Shown in pieces: positions 30,397 through 39,673 of a stretch of 60,886 nucleotides of DNA. Numbering within the stretch: the first letter of the stretch is position 1; the number at the start of each line of letters is the position of its first letter. The notes beneath the pieces were generated by a model. The model had not been told where the DNA came from and did no database searches. It saw only the letters and a program-made list of their open reading frames with translations. A program made the position numbers and the translations under genes. The stretch is from Alphaproteobacteria bacterium (GTDB lineage Bacteria; Pseudomonadota; Alphaproteobacteria; CAAGCB01; CAG-977), in contig JAFYCE010000049.1 in the NCBI GenBank assembly GCA_017539865.1, forward strand, positions 1-60,886, given 5' to 3'.

Positions 30397-31767
30397 ATGA
30401 CTGAACAGACTGAACAGACCGAACAGAAAAACAATGATTTGACCGCGCTTCATCAAGCCCCCGAGCATACTCAAAAAGAAGGATTATCTGAAAAGGAAGC
30501 TTCCGAAAATACGTCGTCTGTTGATTCCACCGCCGTTACGGAAACACCGGTCGAAGAAATCGTTAAACCCGCACCGAAAAACGCGCAGAGCGATGAAAAA
30601 GACGTTCCCGTGTTCAGCGGAGGTCAATTCGTCCCCCAAAAGGAAAACCAGCAAGAAGCCGAAGAATCCCTTGACGATTTGGAAGCCCAGCTGCTCCGGA
30701 CGGCATGGAAAAACAAATTTATGGCTTTTGAAGACGAAGAAGCCAATAAAGGAAAAAAAGAAAGTCAATGGCATTTTTGTCCGTTCGGCCAATGTCTGCC
30801 GCAAACAATCACAAGGAATGAAAATCCTCCGTACGTTTCCATGGAACTGAAATCGGGTGCGGTCGTAAAAAACGCTTCAAAACAAGTGAACATAACCTTT
30901 GAAGAAGACGCCCCCTCTTTTGAAGACTGCATGACCATGGCTCGTATCGGCATGGAAAAAGGCTGGAAAACGGCAAAACTGGAAGGCCCCGAAGAATATA
31001 AAGCGCAAATGTATCTGGCCATGCGCGCCATGGGCATAAAGGCGATCGGATACACACCTTCTCCCGAATTGGAAAAACAAGGTGACGAACTGGCCGCCAA
31101 ACATGAACCGGATCGCATACACGCGGAAGACATGGATCGGCGATATCCGGCTTTGGATAAAGCGCGCGGCGACATGCCTTTTGAAAAAGTTGACGCAAAG
31201 GAATATGCTGAAATTCGCGCCAAAGCAAACGGAAATCAGGCGGAACAGGTTCAAACGGCGGAAAAAGAAGAAGCCGGAAAAACATCCGCTTCGTCCGAAA
31301 TGAAGGGGATGGCCGCTGAAATGGCGCATGAAACCGGTGTCGACAACAGCCTCTTTTCAAAAAAGCTTAAAGACTTGAATTCAGAAAACGAAGTTGATTC
31401 TGAAGCTGCAATGGATAAGTTTTTAACAAAAAACACGTTCAAAAAGATGTTGAAAGGCTACGATAAATTGCCCGACGAAAAGAAAGAAGAACTGGCCGGA
31501 AAGCTTGAAAAAATGGTTGGCAATCTGGTTGAAAAACATCCGCAGATTGCAACAAAGCTGGCTTATGATTTAAGCAGCGGCAATAAGAAAAACGGCTCAG
31601 GTCCGGCAAAAATGCTTCAGGCTTACGGCGCGGCTTTAAACAGCGTCAAGGAAGCGGAAGCAAAAGGCCACGAAACGACAAAAGAACAAACTCAAATCAA
31701 GAATCCGAAAAGAGTGCAAAACGCTATTTTGAATGCGACAAGACGGCTTTCAGGAATTGAAAAGTAG
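30397..31767 (+). CDS. Acidic hypothetical protein (ORFan 1 of a pair)
   Basis: The 456-aa product has GGAGG upstream and an N-terminal (TEQ)x3 repeat. It has no TM segment or signal peptide. It contains the module EDCMTMARIGMEKGWKTAKLEGPEEYKAQMYLAMRAMGIKAIGY. Confidence 0.55.
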   Translation: MTEQTEQTEQKNNDLTALHQAPEHTQKEGLSEKEASENTSSVDSTAVTETPVEEIVKPAPKNAQSDEKDVPVFSGGQFVPQKENQQEAEESLDDLEAQLLRTAWKNKFMAFEDEEANKGKKESQWHFCPFGQCLPQTITRNENPPYVSMELKSGAVVKNASKQVNITFEEDAPSFEDCMTMARIGMEKGWKTAKLEGPEEYKAQMYLAMRAMGIKAIGYTPSPELEKQGDELAAKHEPDRIHAEDMDRRYPALDKARGDMPFEKVDAKEYAEIRAKANGNQAEQVQTAEKEEAGKTSASSEMKGMAAEMAHETGVDNSLFSKKLKDLNSENEVDSEAAMDKFLTKNTFKKMLKGYDKLPDEKKEELAGKLEKMVGNLVEKHPQIATKLAYDLSSGNKKNGSGPAKMLQAYGAALNSVKEAEAKGHETTKEQTQIKNPKRVQNAILNATRRLSGIEK

Positions 31768-31812
31768 CGCAGAAAAGACCGCTTTATCATATTTTCAGGG
31801 AGGAAAACCGGT

Positions 31813-33078
31813 ATGACAGAAAATAAAAAGAAAACGACCGACGGATCATCCGTTGACATCGACCGGTTGATGTATGCATGGGAACGTTTGCAAAAAGAAC
31901 AGGAAAGCATGCCTTTCCGCAAACGGAGAACATGCATTTCCTCCGTTAAGATCGTTGATGACGGCAAAGGTCACAAATCCGTTCAGGTTAATTTATCCGA
32001 CGGCGGAAAAATCAATGATATCGGTGACAAAAAAGATGTTTTTCTTTCAATGGCGCCTCAAAAACAAATCAATCTCGGCCGATTGGCTTCTCTTCTGGAA
32101 GCGGTTCGCGCTTTGGGATTTGCGGCTGTCGCCATGGGATTGCCGCCGGAATTGAAACGCGCTCTGTTGCATGCCTGCGAACGATGCGGCATTCCACTGA
32201 AGATCGAAAAAAAACAAAAACAAAATAATAATATGGCGATTCAAAACAAAACCGCCTCTAAATCTTCATCCGCCCCCGCATCTTTCATGTCCGCTTTAAA
32301 AGAAAAGGAAAGGAGTGCGACTTCGTCAAATACTCGGATTACATCCCCCAACTCGTTGGATATCACTGTTCGCCGGCTGCAGCAACAAAACAAAGATTAT
32401 TTGGAAAATCGTTTGCGCCGCTGCGAAAATGAAATCAAAGAAGATTTTTTTGACCAATGCCGAAAACAATTGCCGGTTATCGCCGGAAAGAGAAATGGCA
32501 ATTTGACGATTGAAGAAAGAAAAATTTTAGAGTTTGCGAACAGATGCGGTTTAGCATCTGATACAAATCTTGAAAAACCGACTCCCGAACAAATAAAAGC
32601 TCGAAGTTCCTTGATTTTGTTTGAATTGCCACAGGAATTTCAAAAGAAATTTACGGAACGGAAGAACCGTTATTGCTCCATTTGTCAGGCTAAAAACAAA
32701 GCTTTGGAGGTAACGCGAACCGAATTAACGCATAAATATCACGAAAATAAAAATTTTAATATTTCCGAAACAGATATGATTCAAAGTGCGACATCACTGC
32801 TTCCGTCAAAAGAAAAATGGGACCAAAAACATTTAGGTCGTTTTATGCAAAATATGAGCAGCCAGTTGAAAGAAACTAAAACGAAAATATCAGCTTTCCG
32901 ACAGGAAAAACGGAAACAAATCGCCGCTCATTTGATCAACACTATGGAATCTTTCAGAAAAGACGAAATTTCATCTGCCTATCAGGAACAACAAACGCCG
33001 GCAATAAAGCATCGTCAAAGCTTTGTTCAAAACGTTCTGGTTCAGGATTTGATAAAAGACCGGCAAATAGTGCATTGA
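31813..33078 (+). CDS. Hypothetical protein (ORFan 2 of a pair)
   Basis: The 421-aa product has GGGAGGAAAA upstream. Its module LGRLASLLEAVRALGFAAVAMGLPPELKRALLHACERCGIPL resembles the one in the preceding ORF. Confidence 0.55.
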   Translation: MTENKKKTTDGSSVDIDRLMYAWERLQKEQESMPFRKRRTCISSVKIVDDGKGHKSVQVNLSDGGKINDIGDKKDVFLSMAPQKQINLGRLASLLEAVRALGFAAVAMGLPPELKRALLHACERCGIPLKIEKKQKQNNNMAIQNKTASKSSSAPASFMSALKEKERSATSSNTRITSPNSLDITVRRLQQQNKDYLENRLRRCENEIKEDFFDQCRKQLPVIAGKRNGNLTIEERKILEFANRCGLASDTNLEKPTPEQIKARSSLILFELPQEFQKKFTERKNRYCSICQAKNKALEVTRTELTHKYHENKNFNISETDMIQSATSLLPSKEKWDQKHLGRFMQNMSSQLKETKTKISAFRQEKRKQIAAHLINTMESFRKDEISSAYQEQQTPAIKHRQSFVQNVLVQDLIKDRQIVH

Positions 33079-33089
33079 TACCGGCTTTT

Positions 33090-33731
33090 TCATTCTACGC
33101 CCGTTTTAGAACATAATTCTGCCACGGGGCAACTGTCACAGGCCGGTTTTTTTGCTGTGCAGATATAACGGCCGTGTAAAACCAGCCAATGGGAAACGTG
33201 CTTCAAATCTTCGTCGGGAATAACGCCCGTCACCGCTTCGGCCAACGCTTTTTCGACTTCCAGCGGCGTTTTTCCTTTAGCTAAACCGATTCTGTTCCCC
33301 AACCGCAAAACATGAGTGTCGACGCCGAACGTCGGCGCGCCGTACATCGTATTCAAAAACACGTTCGCCGTTTTTCGCCCGACTCCCGCCAATTTTTGCA
33401 ATTCTTCGACATTTTGCGGGATTTCTCCATTGTATTTTTCAATCAAGTCCTTAGACAAGGCGATAATGTTTTTTGCCTTGCTGTTAAACAACCCGATGGA
33501 ACGGATATATTCTTTCAGTTTTTCTTCACCCAAAGCGACCATTTTCGCCGGCGTAGATGCGACTTTGAAAAGCGCCGGCGTCGCTTTATTGACGTTTTTA
33601 TCCGTTGTCTGGGCGGACAGAACGATTGCGACCAAAAGCGTATAAGGCGATTGGTAATCCAGTTCGCATTTCGGATCCGGATTTTCTTTTTTCAAGCGCG
33701 CAAAAAATTCCTTAACGTCGGCAGACTTCAT
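33090..33731 (-). CDS. nth: Endonuclease III
   Basis: It has an HhH-GPD motif (LQKLAGVGRKTANV) and a C-terminal 4Fe-4S cluster loop (CTAKKPACDSCPVAELC). Confidence 0.9.
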   Translation of the reverse strand: MKSADVKEFFARLKKENPDPKCELDYQSPYTLLVAIVLSAQTTDKNVNKATPALFKVASTPAKMVALGEEKLKEYIRSIGLFNSKAKNIIALSKDLIEKYNGEIPQNVEELQKLAGVGRKTANVFLNTMYGAPTFGVDTHVLRLGNRIGLAKGKTPLEVEKALAEAVTGVIPDEDLKHVSHWLVLHGRYICTAKKPACDSCPVAELCSKTGVE

Positions 33732-33734
33732 CGT

Positions 33735-34616
33735 TCAGCATCCGAATCGGGATAAAACGGCATTGATACGCGGCAAGCATTCCGCTCCAAACAACTTAAC
33801 GTTTAATAACATCGGATACAAATTGTAAATGCTTTGCCGATATTCGAAAAATCCCGCCCTGAACGGTCGAAGCGCATTATAGCGGTCAAAAAACGCTTTG
33901 CCCAAAGAAGACTGCGTGCCATGGAATACAAATTCAAATTCAGAATCGCCAAAATAGATGGCGGGATCAACGAAAGCTCTGATTTTCCCTTGATAGCATA
34001 AAACCGTACTGGAAGTGATATCCCCGTGCAGCAAACTCGGCTTTGCCGGCTCGTCGAGATAAGCGTCCGCTTTTTCGGCAAACCTTTCAATGCGAGCCAT
34101 TGTTTCCACCGGCAGATTACCGCTTTCCAAAGCCAAACCGGCCATATAAAGCAATCGGTTCTGTACAAAAAAGGGAACCCATTTTTGCGTCTTCGGATTA
34201 GGCTGACGTATGCCCGCACGCAAGGTATCAAATTCGAATCCGTAGAAATCCGATGTGATCTCGTGCAGTTTTGCCAAATGTTCCGCCGCTTCCGGTTCGC
34301 TGTCACGACTTAAAGTTCCGTCGGCGACGATATATTCATGCACCAAGGCGTCGGAACCGGAATAAAAAACCTCCGGCATCGGCAGCTGCGTATGCCGTTT
34401 CAAATAATCCATTGTTGCGCCTTCAATGGCCAAATCGCTGCCGGAATCCTTAAACAGCTTCACGACGACTTGCGATCCGTCCGATAAAACGACATGCTTG
34501 GCGTCGGAAAAGCCTCCGGCCAATGTCGCGGCGGAAAGAACCAGTTTACCCGTAGAAGATTCCACAATGCGCGTGACTTTGGCGGACAACGGATTGTTTT
34601 CAACCTGCATCCCCAT
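33735..34616 (-). CDS. Fructosamine/ketosamine-3-kinase family protein
   Basis: It has a kinase-like fold with LLHGDITSSTVL (the LLHGDLWxGN position) and a DPA motif. It overlaps the upstream phosphatase gene by 17 nt. Confidence 0.7.
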   Translation of the reverse strand: MGMQVENNPLSAKVTRIVESSTGKLVLSAATLAGGFSDAKHVVLSDGSQVVVKLFKDSGSDLAIEGATMDYLKRHTQLPMPEVFYSGSDALVHEYIVADGTLSRDSEPEAAEHLAKLHEITSDFYGFEFDTLRAGIRQPNPKTQKWVPFFVQNRLLYMAGLALESGNLPVETMARIERFAEKADAYLDEPAKPSLLHGDITSSTVLCYQGKIRAFVDPAIYFGDSEFEFVFHGTQSSLGKAFFDRYNALRPFRAGFFEYRQSIYNLYPMLLNVKLFGAECLPRINAVLSRFGC

Positions 34617-35091
34617 GCTCCCGTATATATTTCAAAAGGCCTTCACATGCCGATTTTATCATATCAAACACGTTTTGAAAGCCCTCTTTTCCCCCGTAAT
34701 AAGGGTCGGGGACATCATTGATTCCATATTGCGGCGCAAAACGCATCATCAAGTCGAGTACCGCTCTGTCATGATCCGGAGCCGCCTCCGGACGCATTTC
34801 TTCCAGTGCCCTCAAATGCGTTGAATCCAGAGCGATTATCAGATCGAAATCTTTAAAATCGTCCCGAACAACTTTCCTTGCGCGAAGGGATCCGATGTCC
34901 ACACCGTTATTCAAGGCTGTCTCAGCCGCTCTGGCGTCCGGCGGTTCGCCGACGTGCCAGCCGCTGATTCCTGCCGAATCCACGGAAATGACGTCCCCCA
35001 ATCCCGCGTGTCCGACGATTTGTCTGAATACGCCTTCGGCCGTTGGAGAGCGGCATATGTTTCCCGTGCATACGAACAAGACTTTATACAT
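34600..35091 (-). CDS. Low-molecular-weight protein-tyrosine phosphatase
   Basis: ATG 35091 gives MYKVLFVCTGNICRSPTAEG (the CX5R(S/T) P-loop), with a downstream DP(Y)Y motif (VPDPYYG). Confidence 0.85.
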   Translation of the reverse strand: MYKVLFVCTGNICRSPTAEGVFRQIVGHAGLGDVISVDSAGISGWHVGEPPDARAAETALNNGVDIGSLRARKVVRDDFKDFDLIIALDSTHLRALEEMRPEAAPDHDRAVLDLMMRFAPQYGINDVPDPYYGGKEGFQNVFDMIKSACEGLLKYIREHGDAG

Positions 35092-35224
35092 AATTTGATT
35101 TGACCATAAAAAGGTTAATAAAAACATAAAAGCGGTTTTCTTTTCTCCCCGCCTGTTGTTTATCTGTTTTTCCGACTTATTTTATGATATAAGAAAAAAA
35201 CGTTTTTTTAATGGAGGCTATACA

Positions 35225-35959
35225 ATGTCTTTTGATTCAAACAGGGATTTCATCATTTCCCGCACTTCTTCAACCGTCGAAATGGATGAAGGGCTACGCC
35301 AATACATGCTGAAAGTCTACAATTACATGACAATCGGCCTGTTGATTACAGCCGGCGTCAGTTATTTATTGGCAAATTCAGCTTTAGGCGCAATGTTCTT
35401 CACGCCGGAAACGGGTGAACCCAATGCGTTGGGATGGATCGCCATCATTGCGCCGTTGCTTTTGGTGTTCATGATGGGTTCCGCCGTCACCTCCGGCAAT
35501 GCAAGCAAAGCCTTTACCCTTTTCATCGTCTATTCCGGATTGATGGGCATTTCTTTGACGACGATTTTCTGGGTCTACACAGAATTAAGCATTTTGCGTG
35601 TTTTTCTGATTACGGCCGGTATGTTCGCAGGAATGAGTTTGTACGGCTATACAACAAAACGCGATCTGACAAATATGGGATCGTTTATGATGATGTGACT
35701 GATTGGTATTATCATTGCCTCAATCGTCAATATTTTTCTGAAAAGCCCTGCGGTATACCTGACCGTATCCGTTTTGGGTGTTGCGATTTTTGTCGGTTTA
35801 ACGGCTTGGGATACATGGAAAATCCGTGAAATTTACAATGAACGGGATTCTGAAAACGCCGTAACCAGCAAAGCGATTTACGGCGCTTTGATGTTGTATC
35901 TTGATTTTATCAATCTGTTCATCATGTTGCTGCGCTTTTTCGGCGACCGCAAGAACTGA
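35225..35959 (+). pseudogene. Bax inhibitor-1/YccA family membrane protein interrupted by one in-frame TGA (35696-35698)
   Basis: ORFs 35156-35698 and 35774-35959 share a frame. Reading through the TGA gives a continuous protein of about 244 codons (...GSFMMM*LIGIIIASIVNIFL...GLTAWDTWKI...LYLDFINLFIMLLRFFG). GGAGG lies upstream of ATG 35225. Confidence 0.7.
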
Positions 35960-35977
35960 TAAAACAACGATTATCTT

Positions 35978-36007
35978 AAAAAAGCCCCGAAACGGGGCTT
36001 TTTTTTA
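35978..36007 (+). terminator. Rho-independent terminator after the BI-1 gene
   Basis: The stem agccccg / cggggct with an aaa loop is followed by a T8 run. Confidence 0.7.
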
Positions 36008-36060
36008 TATAAAACCGGCAAACTGTTTATCCGCATTATATAATTGTGTCTGTTTTTGCC

Positions 36061-36093
36061 AAAAAAAAAGAACCCTCCGAAAATAAAGGGTCC
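36061..36093 (-). terminator. Rho-independent terminator downstream of tRNA-Ser
   Basis: On the minus strand, ggaccct-ttattttcgg-agggttc is followed by T9. Confidence 0.5.
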
Positions 36094-36103
36094 TTTTGCA
36101 AAA

Positions 36104-36195
36104 TGGCGGAGAGAAAGGGATTCGAACCCTTGATAGGCTTTGACACCTATACTTGATTTCCAATCAAGCTCCTTCGGCCTCTCGGACATCTCTCC
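36104..36195 (-). tRNA. tRNA-Ser (anticodon GGA)
   Basis: Hand-folded: acceptor GGAGAGA, anticodon stem CTTGA/TCAAG with loop TTGGAAA, long variable arm, T-loop TTCGAAT, encoded CCA. Length 92 nt. Confidence 0.9.
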
Positions 36196-36347
36196 ATACT
36201 TTGATGGGGTATAAATACCCTATTCATCTTAAAAAGACAACACTTTTTTATTCATTACGAAAAATATCTGTTTTTGTCTTCTTTTTAATTATTTTTTTAA
36301 GAATAAATCCTATTCTTTTATCAGACAAATAAAGAAATAGGTGACTT

Positions 36348-36635
36348 ATGTTTCTGGGACGTCTTTTAGGCTGGATGCTTTTATTGATTGCCGTTTTCAC
36401 CGCTTCGGCCGAAGCGGTCGCCGCTCTCAGCACGGGAGAATACACCAGTATAGCCACATCCGACATTTTAACAATCATAACCGGCTTAACCCCTCAACCG
36501 ACGGATACGCTTGCCAGTCAAATCTTGCTTTGGCCGGCATGGGCAAGTATCGGTCTTTGCGGGACGCTTTTAATTTTCCTGTTCCGCCCGAAAAAGTATA
36601 AATCTTTGTTTCCTCTTAAAAGCGAACGCTTGTAA
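36348..36635 (+). CDS. Small membrane protein, unknown function
   Basis: The 95-aa product has two hydrophobic segments. AGGTGA lies upstream of the ATG. The ORF ends 3 nt from the convergent lepA stop. Confidence 0.45.
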   Translation: MFLGRLLGWMLLLIAVFTASAEAVAALSTGEYTSIATSDILTIITGLTPQPTDTLASQILLWPAWASIGLCGTLLIFLFRPKKYKSLFPLKSERL

Positions 36636-36638
36636 AAA

Positions 36639-38447
36639 TCATTCGTCGCCGATTCTTAAAGCGGAAATAAAAGCGGACTGAGGTATTTCGACTTTACCGA
36701 ATTGCCGCATCCTCTTTTTGCCTTCCTTTTGTTTTTCCAACAACTTGCGTTTGCGGGTGATGTCGCCCCCATAACACTTTGAAGTCACATCTTTGCGGAA
36801 AGCGGCAATGTCTTCACGCGCGATAATCTTACCGCCGATCGCCGCCTGAATGGGAATCTTGAATTGATGACGGGGAATCAGAACTTTCAGGCGTTCACAT
36901 ATCTGACGACCGCGCCGTTCGGCATCCGACCGATGAGCCAAAAAAGACAACGCATCCACCGTTTCCCCGTTGACCAGAATGGTGACTTTGACCAAGTCGC
37001 CCTGCTGATAACCTGCAACTTCATAATCAAAGCTGGCATAACCGCGTGTAATTGATTTAAGACGGTCGTAAAAGTCGAATACTATTTCGTTCAACGGCAA
37101 ATCGTAAACCAGCATCGCTCTGGAGCCGACATAGGTCAGATCTTTCTGCACGCCGCGGCGTTCCGTACAGAGCTGCAAAACGGAACCGAGATATTCGTCC
37201 GGCACAAGAATGGATGCCTTAACCCACGGTTCTTCAATAAAGTCGATTTTAGTGACTTCCGGAAAGTCTGCCGGATTGTGCAATTCCATTAAAGAACCGT
37301 CCGTCATGTGCATTTTATACACAACACTGGGAGCTGTCGTAATTAAATCCAAATCGAACTCGCGCTCCAACCGTTCTTCAATAATCTCCATATGCAGCAA
37401 TCCCAAAAAGCCGCAACGGAAGCCTTGCCCCAATGCCGCCGACTTTTCGGGAACGAACTCGAAACTGGCGTCGTTCAACTGCAACTTGCCCAAAGCGTCA
37501 CGCAGATTTTCATAATAGCTTGTGTCCAAAGGAAACATCGAACAGAAAACAACGGGAACGCTCGGTTTAAACCCCGGCAACGGTTCCGCCGCCGGCCGCC
37601 GGTCATCCGTAATCGTATCGCCGACCTTCGTATCGCCGACCGTTTTAATGCCCGCCGTAATAAAACCGAGTTCTCCGGCAGTCAGTTCGGAAATATCCTT
37701 CATCTTCGGAGTAAAGATACCGACTTTTTCCACCTCATGCGTCGTACCATTCGCCATCATGCGAATTTTCATGCCTTTTTTCAGACGGCCGTCTTTGATA
37801 CGCACCAAAATAATCACACCCAGATACGGGTCGTACCAAGAATCGACCAACATCGCCTTCAGCGGCGCGTCACCGTCCCCCTGAGGAGCCGGCAAATCCG
37901 TCACGATACGTTCCAACACTTCATCGATTCCCTGCCCCGTTTTGGCGGACGTTTCAACCGCATTAGATGTATCTATGCCGATTACATCTTCAATCTGTTC
38001 TTTGACTTTTTCGGGTTGAGCCGCCGGCAAATCGATTTTGTTGATGACTGTAACCAATTCGTGATTGGCATCCAAAGCTTTATAGACGTTTGCCAAAGTT
38101 TGAGCTTCCACCCCTTGGGACGCGTCAACCACCAGCAAAGAACCTTCGCACGCGGCCAAAGAGCGGCTGACTTCGTATGTAAAGTCGACATGCCCCGGCG
38201 TATCGATCAGATTCAGCTGATATTCCCGTCCGTCTTTTGCCGTATAGTTCAAACGGACCGTTTGAGCCTTAATTGTAATGCCGCGTTCACGCTCCAAATC
38301 CATCGAATCCAGAATTTGGTCTTTCATTTCGCGTTCGGTCAATCCGCCGCATTTTTGAATCAAGCGATCAGCCAAAGTCGATTTGCCGTGATCAATATGA
38401 GCGACGATTGAAAAATTGCGAATATGAGACAAATCCGTCATAAACAA
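36639..38447 (-). CDS. lepA: Translation elongation factor 4 (LepA)
   Basis: G-domain motifs are [14 protein letters not shown] and NKID, followed by the LepA-specific C-terminal region. Length 602 aa. Confidence 0.95.
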   Translation of the reverse strand: MFMTDLSHIRNFSIVAHIDHGKSTLADRLIQKCGGLTEREMKDQILDSMDLERERGITIKAQTVRLNYTAKDGREYQLNLIDTPGHVDFTYEVSRSLAACEGSLLVVDASQGVEAQTLANVYKALDANHELVTVINKIDLPAAQPEKVKEQIEDVIGIDTSNAVETSAKTGQGIDEVLERIVTDLPAPQGDGDAPLKAMLVDSWYDPYLGVIILVRIKDGRLKKGMKIRMMANGTTHEVEKVGIFTPKMKDISELTAGELGFITAGIKTVGDTKVGDTITDDRRPAAEPLPGFKPSVPVVFCSMFPLDTSYYENLRDALGKLQLNDASFEFVPEKSAALGQGFRCGFLGLLHMEIIEERLEREFDLDLITTAPSVVYKMHMTDGSLMELHNPADFPEVTKIDFIEEPWVKASILVPDEYLGSVLQLCTERRGVQKDLTYVGSRAMLVYDLPLNEIVFDFYDRLKSITRGYASFDYEVAGYQQGDLVKVTILVNGETVDALSFLAHRSDAERRGRQICERLKVLIPRHQFKIPIQAAIGGKIIAREDIAAFRKDVTSKCYGGDITRKRKLLEKQKEGKKRMRQFGKVEIPQSAFISALRIGDE

Positions 38448-38583
38448 ACCTCTTTAACAAACGATATGCTTTACATATATATGAAATGAAAGCGGGATAA
38501 AACAAAATCTTTTTCCCTCTCTTTTCTTTTATATCCGAATTTGCTAATTTAGCTGACTGTAAATGTAAAAAAAGGATTTTAAA

Positions 38584-39210
38584 ATGCTTTCCCTTCTGGA
38601 TCTTTTTCTGCCGCCCTTGACAATGCTGTTCGTAGTTATGGATCCGATTGGCAATATGCCTATTTTCATGAGCCTGACAGAAAGCCCTCGACCGGGTTAT
38701 CGTCAGCTGATGGCAAAAAGATCCGTGCTGATCGGTTTTTGCGTCATGTTGTTTTTTGCCTATGCCGGAGAAGCTTTTTTAAACCTGTTGGGGATATCGA
38801 TGCCGGCATTCCGGATAGCCGGCGGTATTATGCTTTTCATTGTTGCGCTGCAAATGATTTTTGTTGAAGAACAGAAGGAAAAGGCGGCCGGAGAAATCAC
38901 GGAAGACCCTTACGCAAACGACGTGGCCGTCTTTCCTTTGGCCGTTCCGCTGATTGCCGGCCCCGGTTCGATAGCGTCAATCATTTTGTTGATGTCGGAA
39001 CGTCACGGACAATGGAAACAGCAGTTGTATGTCATCTCCGCCCTGGCTATCGTTTCGCTGATAACCTATATCCTTTTCCGCTTATCCAATTACTTTGCGC
39101 GCGTTTTGGGTAAAACAATAAATACGGTTATCTCGAAATTACTGGGAATCGTACTGGGCGCGATGGCATCACAGTTTGTCATTGACGGTGTCCGCAGCCT
39201 TCTTGAATAA
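38584..39210 (+). CDS. MarC/UPF0056 family integral membrane protein
   Basis: The 208-aa product has six hydrophobic segments. The N-terminus FVVMDPIGNMPIF is typical of MarC. Confidence 0.8.
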   Translation: MLSLLDLFLPPLTMLFVVMDPIGNMPIFMSLTESPRPGYRQLMAKRSVLIGFCVMLFFAYAGEAFLNLLGISMPAFRIAGGIMLFIVALQMIFVEEQKEKAAGEITEDPYANDVAVFPLAVPLIAGPGSIASIILLMSERHGQWKQQLYVISALAIVSLITYILFRLSNYFARVLGKTINTVISKLLGIVLGAMASQFVIDGVRSLLE

Positions 39211-39291
39211 GAACAAGAAAAAAAATCCGAAACAATAAAAAAAGCTTGTCAATCCGTCAGTAAAGGATTATATAGGTCTTACTTTAACGCT

Positions 39292-39365
39292 TGGGGAATA
39301 GTTTAAAGGTAGAACAGCGGACTCTGACTCCGTTAGTCTTGGTTCGAGTCCAGGTTCCCCAGCCA
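39292..39365 (+). tRNA. tRNA-Gln (anticodon CTG)
   Basis: Hand-folded: acceptor TGGGGAA/TTCCCCA (U1-A72, as in bacterial tRNA-Gln), anticodon stem GCGGA/TCCGT, loop CTCTGAC, T-loop TTCGAGT, discriminator G, CCA. Confidence 0.9.
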
Positions 39366-39371
39366 ACACAT

Positions 39372-39398
39372 AAGCCGTTGATTTTCAACGGCTTTTTT
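39372..39398 (+). terminator. Rho-independent terminator after tRNA-Gln
   Basis: A perfect 10-bp stem (aagccgttga / tcaacggctt) with a 3-nt loop is followed by a T-run. Confidence 0.6.
39382..39394. repeat. Left copy of the islet-flanking repeat 'ttttcaacggctt'
   Basis: It is identical to 44677-44689. Because the left site is palindromic, 39368-39381 (acataagccgttga) is also the exact reverse complement of 44680-44693. Confidence 0.5.
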
Positions 39399-39496
39399 GT
39401 TTTCCCGTTTCGGATAAAACCTCTCCGTTTTCTGTTGATAAAAGTTGCGGGCATCAATATCTCTAACTGTAATGATTTCTGAGGAAACCTCGGAAA

Positions 39497-39622
39497 ATGA
39501 ATAAAATTTCAATCCGGTTTTTCGATGATCGAAAAGTTCGCGCCGTTTGGGATGATGAAAACGCCAAATGGCGGTTTTCGGTATTGGATATTATCGGTGT
39601 TTTACGCGGTTTGGACGATTAA
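39497..39622 (+). pseudogene. Truncated 41-codon fragment resembling the N-terminus of Bro-N/phage antirepressor-type proteins
   Basis: MNKISIRFFDDRKVRAVWDDENAKWRFSVLDIIGVLRGLDD* matches the pattern IRxxWDxExxxWxFSVxDxxxVL seen in prophage Bro-N-like proteins. It stops after 41 codons with no continuation in any frame. Confidence 0.4.
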
Positions 39623-39673
39623 GCGTAAGGGGAGAAAAGGCTTTATGATTGTATACCCTAAAACCTTTATGTT

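Noticed and set aside
35696-35698. The in-frame TGA in the BI-1 gene might reflect TGA=Trp (genetic code 4) or selenocysteine.
   Set aside because: Many genes in the window terminate correctly at TGA at positions typical for their families, including pgk (VLEK-TGA), yejA, yejB and the ATP-grasp gene. No SECIS-like hairpin follows. A point mutation or sequencing error is more parsimonious.
37392-38411. A 339-aa ORF lies antisense to lepA.
   Set aside because: lepA is unambiguous. The antisense translation has no motif and is R/Q/F-rich.
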